A DNA stretch of 56,918 bases from Candidatus Kuenenia stuttgartensis (GTDB lineage: Bacteria; Planctomycetota; Planctomycetia; Pirellulales; UBA1268): contig CAMCCR010000002.1 in assembly GCA_945873085.1 (NCBI GenBank), forward strand, positions 1 through 56,918, given 5' to 3'. The position numbers and the translations under genes were made by a program. Shown in pieces: positions 19,662 to 26,289 of the stretch (the stretch's first letter is position 1; the number at the start of each line of letters is the position of its first letter). The notes beneath the pieces were generated by a model. That model ran no database searches and was not told the DNA's origin. It was given only the letters and a program-made list of their open reading frames with translations.

Positions 19662-21356
19662 ATGCCGATGCGATCCCCCGTCGCCACCGTGCTTTGCGCT
19701 GCGTCCTCCCGTCAATCGGCACGGGGCGCTGGAAACGCCAGGCGGGCGGTCGGAACGATTCTCCGTTGGCTGTGTCTGGGGGCGGCATTCGTCGTCGCTG
19801 GACCGGGCGTCGCCTCGGCCCAAGTGCTCCCCCCGCCGCTCCCTCCCGGCGTCACCGTCCCTCCGCCGGCCGGGGCCATCCCCGTCGGCCCTGCCGTCGG
19901 CGTCCCTGTGCCGATTGGTGTGCCGCAGCCTGTGGCCGCTCCGCCTGGCATCGGTGTGCCGCAGCCGTTTCCGCAGGCCCCGCTGCCCGTGCAGGCCCCC
20001 CTGCCGGTGGCCCCTTCGGCCGCCGCTGTGATCCCTGGTCAGGATCCAATCCTCGTCAACATCACCGGGCCGCTGGCCGCCAAGCTCGGTGAGAAGGTTT
20101 CGTTCGAGGTCGAATTGGTCAACCGATCGGGTCGGCCGCTCACGGGACTGCGGGTCGTCGATTACTTCGATCGGGGATTTCATCACGAGGCGTCGGCCAG
20201 CCCGATCGAGCAGCGTGGCACGATCGACATGGCCGCCGGAACCTCGCGCCGGTTGACGCTCGACTTCTTCACCGACGAACCGGGGCGGCAGTGTCATCGG
20301 GTCGAGATCCTCGACCAAGCGCACACCTTCATGGGCGGAGCCACCGAGTGCGTCCTCGTCACAGCGCCGGCGACAGCGGTAGCAGCAGCGCCTGCCGTCC
20401 CGGTGGCGCCTGCTCCGGTGCCGACGCCAGCCTTGCCGCCACCGCTCCCGGTGCCGGTGCCGGTTGCCCCGGCACCGACGGCGTCCGTCATCGCCCCGGC
20501 TCCGTTGGCCCCCGCGCCGGTGGCTGTGGCGATTCCTCCGGCCGCGGCGATTCCCGCCCGTCCGCCGATGACGGCGACGGCGCCCCCTGCCGCTGCCTCG
20601 TTCGAACTCGACATGAGCGGCCCGCCGGAAATCCTCGAAGGGGCCGTGGGGGAATTTCAAGCCACGGTGCGAAACACCGGAAACGCCCCCTCCGGGCCGA
20701 CGACGCTCGAGCTGACCTGGGATCCGATCTACACCCCGCTGGAAGGCTCCACGGGCCTCGTCCTCGGCACGAACAGCGTCTCCTGGACGCTGCCGCCGAT
20801 CGAGCCGCGGGGGGGAGTCACTCGACAGATCAATCTCTCCCCCAAGCTGCCTGCCAGCGCCCGTGGTGGGCAGGCCTCCCGGGCAAAGGTCAAGGCGATC
20901 CTCTCGCAGAGTTCCACCGGCGTGATGGTGGCCGACGAATCGTTCGTCCTCATCCGCTCGACGGCTCCTCCGCTGCGGACGCCACGGGAGGCGGGGCTGC
21001 GGGTCTCCATCGCCGACTGTGACGATCCGGTCCAGGATGGGGGATCGACGCGGATCGTCTGTACGGTGACCAACGACGGCAGCGTCGATTCGGGCCGGCT
21101 GCGGCTGGTGGTGAATCTCCCCAGTCAAGCCCGTGTCTTCGGCGATCCGATCCCGCCGCGGGTGACGACCGAGGGGCAGACGCTGACCTTCGACGGGATC
21201 AATTCGATCCCCCCCGGGGGACACTCGACCTTCGAGGTCACCTACAAGCTCCCCGCCGGAGCGGGCACGCGCGCCACCTCCGTGGCGACGCTCTCCGGTG
21301 ACGAACTCGAGGGGCGGACCGAGTCGGAGTGCACGACGACCTTTCTCGGCCCCTGA
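19662..21356 (+). CDS. secreted hypothetical protein with three beta-sandwich-like repeats (DUF11/CARDB-like by eye) and P/A-rich linkers
   Basis: Signal peptide (..LCLGAAFVVAGPGVASAQV). Three similar modules begin at ITGPLAAKLGEKVSFEVELVNRSG, MSGPPEILEGAVGEFQATVRNTGN and RVSIADCDDPVQDGGSTRIVCTVTNDGS. Third-codon-position GC is high. Confidence 0.6.
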   Translation: MPMRSPVATVLCAASSRQSARGAGNARRAVGTILRWLCLGAAFVVAGPGVASAQVLPPPLPPGVTVPPPAGAIPVGPAVGVPVPIGVPQPVAAPPGIGVPQPFPQAPLPVQAPLPVAPSAAAVIPGQDPILVNITGPLAAKLGEKVSFEVELVNRSGRPLTGLRVVDYFDRGFHHEASASPIEQRGTIDMAAGTSRRLTLDFFTDEPGRQCHRVEILDQAHTFMGGATECVLVTAPATAVAAAPAVPVAPAPVPTPALPPPLPVPVPVAPAPTASVIAPAPLAPAPVAVAIPPAAAIPARPPMTATAPPAAASFELDMSGPPEILEGAVGEFQATVRNTGNAPSGPTTLELTWDPIYTPLEGSTGLVLGTNSVSWTLPPIEPRGGVTRQINLSPKLPASARGGQASRAKVKAILSQSSTGVMVADESFVLIRSTAPPLRTPREAGLRVSIADCDDPVQDGGSTRIVCTVTNDGSVDSGRLRLVVNLPSQARVFGDPIPPRVTTEGQTLTFDGINSIPPGGHSTFEVTYKLPAGAGTRATSVATLSGDELEGRTESECTTTFLGP

Positions 21357-21499
21357 CGCTCCAGCCGCGTCCGCCGCACGACCGGTGCGACCGCGGCAAA
21401 CGGTGTCACCGCCCGTGCCCGGTGGGGCGCTCGATCCGGGGGCCGATGGAGAGACATTGGAGGCGCGTTGCTCCACCCTCTCCGCAGGCCCCGCTGACC

Positions 21500-22813
21500 A
21501 TGATCGTCGTCACCGCCAATTGGGAGATCGGTGACGGCTCCCTGTGGCCGTCGCCGGCCGTCGGGATCATGGGACGATTCCGCGCAGAACTGACCAGGGC
21601 TGCGCTCCGTGCCGGTTGGCAAGGCGACGGCCGCTACGACCCCGTGCCCCGGGTCGATGTCGTCTTTGCCGGCGACACCTTCGACTGGCTCGCCTCGCGC
21701 GAATGGCTCGGGACGAGCCGACCGTGGCAGCGCGGCGCCAAAGCCCGGGCGATCCGCGAGCGGGTCATGGCGGGGACACTCCGGGCCGGACAGGCTGTCG
21801 TTCGAGGGATGCTGGCGATGATTCGCCATGGCGTCCATGTTTCCAGGGCCGACCGGCATGGCCGCCCTGTTCCCGGTGCCACGCTGTGCGTTCCGGTGGG
21901 GCTCTCGATCCTCGAGGGCAACCTTGACGCCGGCCTCAGCCGTGAGGCCTCCCGGACGTCGGCCGCACGGCCCGGGATCGGCGTGGGCGCGGCGTGGGAT
22001 GCCCGCGGCGTCCGCGTCATCCACGGAGACGGCAGCGATCCGATCTGGATGGCAGACCGGGCCTCCGGGGTGGGCCCGAGCCTCGGGGAGAGCCTCCGCG
22101 TCGATCTCCTCGGCCGCTTCGCCGCCTCGGCCCCGATCGGGGCCATCGAGCCCGACGCACGGCGCCCGCTCCTTGCCTCCCTCCGGGCCGCCGATCCCCT
22201 CGGCCTTGCCGACGCGGTCGCGGCGTGGTGCACCGCCAGCGAGGACGCGGCCATGGCAGGCCGGGTGCATGACGAATGGCTGCGGAGCGTATCGGCCTGG
22301 CACCGCGCGGCCCGGGGCTCGGGCCTGACCGGAGCGGGCCCCTGGAACGAGGCGTCGTTCGATGTCGTCGACGCGCTCGCCGGCCGGCTGGCCGCGATCG
22401 ACCGCCGCGCCGCTGCCGGGCGGCCCCCTTCGGGCTCCACCGATCTCCTCGCCGATCTCCTCGGGGGCTCCCCGCCGATCGCCGCGCCCGGGGCTGGCCG
22501 CGGTGTTCTCGTCCTCGGGCATGCGCCGGTCGACGCCTCCATCGCCGCCGGGACGAGCCGGTTGGTCGGGCTGGGGGCGAGGCGGGGATTGGATCATGAC
22601 CGCGATCGCCCCCTTCCCGGCGTTCGGGAGATCTCGCCCCTTCCGACCACGCCTCGCTTCCCGGTCACGGCCGTGATCACTGAGCGTGGGGGGGGCACCG
22701 TGGCGGTCTCGTCCCTCGGCGAACCTGTGGCAGAATGGGGTTTGAACGCTCGTCAGCAGGGATGGTCGCCGGCGCGGGCCGATGCGGGGGCGTGGATCGT
22801 TGACGCAGCCTGA
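21500..22813 (+). CDS. hypothetical protein, possibly a degenerate calcineurin-like phosphoesterase fold
   Basis: Codon bias supports the + frame over the R/P/G-rich antisense ORFs. Motif-like segments are VVFAGDTFDW, ILEGNLDAG and VIHGDGSD. The start is the ATG at 21500 (MIVVT) or at 21446. Confidence 0.5.
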   Translation: MIVVTANWEIGDGSLWPSPAVGIMGRFRAELTRAALRAGWQGDGRYDPVPRVDVVFAGDTFDWLASREWLGTSRPWQRGAKARAIRERVMAGTLRAGQAVVRGMLAMIRHGVHVSRADRHGRPVPGATLCVPVGLSILEGNLDAGLSREASRTSAARPGIGVGAAWDARGVRVIHGDGSDPIWMADRASGVGPSLGESLRVDLLGRFAASAPIGAIEPDARRPLLASLRAADPLGLADAVAAWCTASEDAAMAGRVHDEWLRSVSAWHRAARGSGLTGAGPWNEASFDVVDALAGRLAAIDRRAAAGRPPSGSTDLLADLLGGSPPIAAPGAGRGVLVLGHAPVDASIAAGTSRLVGLGARRGLDHDRDRPLPGVREISPLPTTPRFPVTAVITERGGGTVAVSSLGEPVAEWGLNARQQGWSPARADAGAWIVDAA

Positions 22814-22854
22814 AAAGCCCGGTCTGCCGGTGGCCACGGGGATGAGGAACAACC

Positions 22855-23301
22855 ATGTGCGATCTTCGCTTCGATGTCTCCCTCCACCCGCTTCCCGGCG
22901 GTGCGATCTCCGGCCCGCCGCTTGTCGATCCCCGTGGAACTTGGCCGACCATCGTGCCCCCGACCGACGCGGCCGGGATGACGATGACGAGTGACTTCGA
23001 CGCGGCGCTTGAGCGTCTGGGCGCGCTCGAGCGGGCGTTCGTCGAGCCCGATGGATCGTTCGTGTGGGTGGGGCCGGGGGGGGAGGAACGCTGGCAGATC
23101 GACGGCAACGCGTACGAGCGCCACGGTCATGTCCTCGTCGTGGAGACGAAAGGAAGCTGCCCCGAGGACATTTTCGACCTCTTTCTCGCAGTTTGGGGCT
23201 GGCCGGGGCAGGCCTTGGCCGTGCAGTTGGTGCGCGCCGGAGTGTTTGTCGATGAGCCGACCTTCCGCCGTCACGCCGCGGCGCATGGTCTGCCCGGTTG
23301 A
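22855..23301 (+). CDS. hypothetical small protein (148 aa)
   Basis: GAGGAA lies 7 nt upstream of the ATG at 22855. Third-position GC is high. I recognise no family. Confidence 0.45.
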   Translation: MCDLRFDVSLHPLPGGAISGPPLVDPRGTWPTIVPPTDAAGMTMTSDFDAALERLGALERAFVEPDGSFVWVGPGGEERWQIDGNAYERHGHVLVVETKGSCPEDIFDLFLAVWGWPGQALAVQLVRAGVFVDEPTFRRHAAAHGLPG

Positions 23302-23493
23302 AGGCCCGATCCCCGTCACCCTCGCCGGTGGGCGGTCGGGTGGGGCAGACTCTGCGGGGGGAAAGGCCCCCGGGGGTGGCAGACTGTTCCGGCGGCGGAC
23401 CGATTCCGCGCGGTGTCTCGCTGGTCTGCCGATACGACGAATGGGGCGGAAACCCCGGTGGATCGTTCGTCACCTCGGTCGGAGTCTGTGGGC

Positions 23494-24402
23494 ATGGAAA
23501 TGAACATCGGTATGCGGGGCGGGAAGCGGTTCGGCCGCTGGCTGTGGATCGGCGTCAGCTGTCTGCCGACGGTGGCCATCCCCGGCATCGTGACGCTCCC
23601 GGGCACCACGCAAGCGCTCCTCAGGGCTGACGAACCGCTCGGCGTGGCAGCCTCCTATGGCGCGGGAGTCCACGCCTACTACGACGGCAACTACCAGACC
23701 GCCTACGACGCGTTGACCGCCGCCATCGAAGCCGGCACGCTCGATCCGCGGGCCTACTACTACCGCGGCTTGACGTCCATCAAGCTCGGCAAGATCGACG
23801 ACGAGATCAACGGTGACTTCGCCGAGGGGTCCAGTCGCGAGACGATGGGCCGCGGCGGGATCTCGATCTCTCGGTCGCTGGAACGCGTCCAGGGGCGCGA
23901 CCGCCAGCGTCTCGAAGCCTACCGTCAACGCGCCCGTGTCGCTGCCGTGCAGCGTGACGAGGCGGCGATCCGGCAACGGTACATCGGGGTCGAGGAAACC
24001 GCCCCCGACATCCTCCGCCGCCGCGTCCCCAACGCCGCGACGACGCCGGCCGAAGCGCTCAACGTGCCGGCCCCGAAGCCGCGTGGCCCGGCAACCCGTC
24101 CAGCCCCCAAGGCGAGCGATCTCCCCGCGACGCCGCGCAAGGCCCCGGTCGAACCGCCTGCCGAAGACGATCCGTTCTCGGCCCCGCCGTCTGGCCGTGC
24201 CACCGACGACCCGTTCGGCGACGAACCGCTCCGCGATGACCGCCTCGATCAGCGTGACGAGCGGATGGAGGAGAGTGCCGCCGAAACCGACGACGGCTTC
24301 GACCAGCGCGACCGGACGAGTGAAGAGGCGGCGGCCGAACTCGACGATTCCTTCGACCAGCGCGATGCCCAGCAGGAACGCGAAGCCGCCGGCGGGTTTT
24401 GA
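23494..24402 (+). CDS. hypothetical protein: N-terminal signal/TM, TPR-like segment, disordered acidic C-terminal tail with tandem repeats
   Basis: GGAG lies 9 nt upstream of the ATG at 23494. The protein has a hydrophobic N-terminus (WLWIGVSCLPTVAIPGIV), a TPR-like segment (AYYDGNYQTAYDALTAAIEAGTLDPRAYYYRGLTSIKLG), and repeated xFDQRD units near the C-terminus. Confidence 0.5.
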   Translation: MEMNIGMRGGKRFGRWLWIGVSCLPTVAIPGIVTLPGTTQALLRADEPLGVAASYGAGVHAYYDGNYQTAYDALTAAIEAGTLDPRAYYYRGLTSIKLGKIDDEINGDFAEGSSRETMGRGGISISRSLERVQGRDRQRLEAYRQRARVAAVQRDEAAIRQRYIGVEETAPDILRRRVPNAATTPAEALNVPAPKPRGPATRPAPKASDLPATPRKAPVEPPAEDDPFSAPPSGRATDDPFGDEPLRDDRLDQRDERMEESAAETDDGFDQRDRTSEEAAAELDDSFDQRDAQQEREAAGGF

Positions 24403-24411
24403 AGCTCGCTC

Positions 24412-24479
24412 GTCAGAAGCCCTCCAGCCCTCCGCCGGCTTCTGACGCCGGGGCTTGGGCCGCCGCATCCCTGCGGCGG
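24412..24479 (+). terminator. double stem-loop after the hypothetical four-gene block
   Basis: GTCAGAAGCC-N15-GGCTTCTGAC (10 bp stem) is followed by CCGCCGCA-tccc-TGCGGCGG (8 bp stem), starting 10 nt after the stop at 24402. There is no U-tract. Confidence 0.4.
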
Positions 24480-24529
24480 ACCGGCGTCCACAGCGAGATC
24501 GTCGCTCAAACTGACAGGGGCTCATCGCC

Positions 24530-25831
24530 GTGAACGCTTCAGCGGCGCTTGTCGCCAGGATCGACGGTGAACTCGCCAAGGCGACGTTCATCGACTCGCA
24601 CTCGCACATCGATCCCCACGCCCCGTCGGCGCGAACGCTGGCCGACATTCTCGGCTACCACTACTACACCGAATTGGTGCATTCGGCCGGGACGCCGCGG
24701 GAAGCGATCGAGGGGCCGGGGCTCGACGAGGAGTCGAGGGTCGCGCGGATCGTTGCGGGGCTCACGCACCTCACCAACACCATCCAGCATGCCTGGCTGA
24801 TGGAGATTGCCCGCGACCTGTTCGGCTTCGAGGGGGACTCGCTCACCCCCTCCAACTGGCCGGATCTCGCCCGGAGAGTACGGGAGCGTTCAGCCGATCC
24901 GGGCTGGACCGCCACGGTCCTGGCGAAGAGCCACATCGAGGCCGTCTTCCTCACCAACGACTTCGACGATCCCCTCGAAGGCTTCGACACCTCCCTCTGG
25001 GTGCCCTGCCTGCGCGTCGACGAACTCGTCTTCCATACCGGGAAGCCGGGCGTGCTCGAGCGGTTGGCTCGGACGTCGGGAGTGGAGCCTGGCGATATCG
25101 GGCGCCTCGGGCAGGCAGTCGCGGCGGTCGCCGATCGATTCGTGCGGAGCGGGGCGCGGGCGGCGGCGATCTCGCTCCCCCCCGACTTCCGTCCCCGCCC
25201 GGTCGATGACGCGGACGCCGGACGGGCGCTCTCAGCGGTCCTGCGGGATGGCCTCGCCGCTCCCACAGCGGACCGCTCCGCACTCTCGGCCCACCTCTTC
25301 TGGACCATCGCCGGCATCTGCCAGGATCGCCATCTCCCCTTCGACCTCATGATCGGGGTCCGCCGGGCCGTCTATCCCGGTGGGGTCCATCAGGGGCAGG
25401 ATCTCCTTGACGGGCGGTTGTCGCTGGCCGACTACGCGCCGCTGTTCAATGCCTTTCCGAGGGTCCGTTTCCCGGTGTCGGTGCTCTCCCGGCCGCTCAA
25501 CCACGAACTTGTCAGCTTCGCGTGGATCTTTCCCAATGTCCTGCCGTTCGGCCATTGGTGGTATGCCAACACGCCGTCGACCATTCATTCCGACCTCGAG
25601 CAGCGGATCGAGGCGGTGCCGCGGACGAAACTCCTCGGCTACTACAGCGACATGTACAAGGCGGAGTTCGGGTATCCGAAGTTCGCGATGTACCGCCGAA
25701 CCCTCGCCCGGGTGCTTGCCGATCGCTTCGTCGTCGAGCGTGGCTGGGGTGAGGAGCGGGCGGTCGACCTCGGGCTCGACCTCCTCGTCCGCAATCCACG
25801 GCGCGTCTTCTACGACTCCGATCCGAGCTGA
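24530..25831 (+). CDS. glucuronate isomerase-like amidohydrolase-fold protein
   Basis: FIDSHSHIDPH (metal-binding HxH) aligns by eye with UxaC IFDYHCHLPPQ. FGHWWYANTP aligns with FGSGWWFND, and YYSDMY with MLTDSR. GTG start. The functional call is tentative. Confidence 0.55.
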   Translation: MNASAALVARIDGELAKATFIDSHSHIDPHAPSARTLADILGYHYYTELVHSAGTPREAIEGPGLDEESRVARIVAGLTHLTNTIQHAWLMEIARDLFGFEGDSLTPSNWPDLARRVRERSADPGWTATVLAKSHIEAVFLTNDFDDPLEGFDTSLWVPCLRVDELVFHTGKPGVLERLARTSGVEPGDIGRLGQAVAAVADRFVRSGARAAAISLPPDFRPRPVDDADAGRALSAVLRDGLAAPTADRSALSAHLFWTIAGICQDRHLPFDLMIGVRRAVYPGGVHQGQDLLDGRLSLADYAPLFNAFPRVRFPVSVLSRPLNHELVSFAWIFPNVLPFGHWWYANTPSTIHSDLEQRIEAVPRTKLLGYYSDMYKAEFGYPKFAMYRRTLARVLADRFVVERGWGEERAVDLGLDLLVRNPRRVFYDSDPS

Positions 25832-26205
25832 AGCCCGGCGGCAAACAGCCAGCCCCAGCCAGCGATGAGGAGCACGCCACCGATCGGCACCACCGCGCCG
25901 AGGATCTTCAGGCCGGTGAAGGCGAGGATCGCCAGCAGCCCGCTGAAGATCAGCGTGCCTGACAGGAAGCAGGCCCCCGAGACCCACAGCCGGCGACGAC
26001 AGACGGCGGTCGCGGGGAGGGCGGAGGCGATCGCCACGACGAGCAGGACCAACGCGTGGAAGAGGCCGTAGCGGACGGCTGTTTCCCAGTTGGCAGCCTG
26101 CCCGTTGGCCTCGAAGTGGGCCTTGAGACCGTGGGCCCCGAAAGCGCCGGCGGCAACGCCGATGCCGCCGAGGAGGGAGCCGGCGAGAAACCAAATGCGA
26201 GCCAT
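25810..26205 (-). CDS. DUF423 (YgdD-like) small membrane protein
   Basis: Four TM segments and the GIGVAAGAFGAHGL motif typical of DUF423. The 3' end overlaps the convergent upstream gene by 22 nt. Confidence 0.75.
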   Translation of the reverse strand: MARIWFLAGSLLGGIGVAAGAFGAHGLKAHFEANGQAANWETAVRYGLFHALVLLVVAIASALPATAVCRRRLWVSGACFLSGTLIFSGLLAILAFTGLKILGAVVPIGGVLLIAGWGWLFAAGLQLGSES

Positions 26206-26289
26206 GGAAGGGAGCCTGTGGACAGCGTGCAGGAGAGGCCGTCGGCCTTGGGGCGGCGAGCCGTCACAAGGCTCCCGCCGCGGTTACGG

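Noticed and set aside
19830-20600. Repetitive GC-rich DNA with recurring CCG/GCC/GTG units that could look like a repeat array
   Set aside because: It encodes Pro/Ala/Val-rich linkers (PVPAPAPV type) of the secreted protein in frame. There is no regular repeat-spacer periodicity, so it is not a CRISPR array or a satellite.
21242-23473. A 743-aa minus-strand ORF, plus the 741-aa ORF at 19251-21476 and the ORF at 21634-22542
   Set aside because: All are R/P/G/S-rich. They lie antisense to + strand frames that show strong third-position GC bias, signal peptides and SD-linked starts. They span intergenic gaps of the + strand genes without regard to them.
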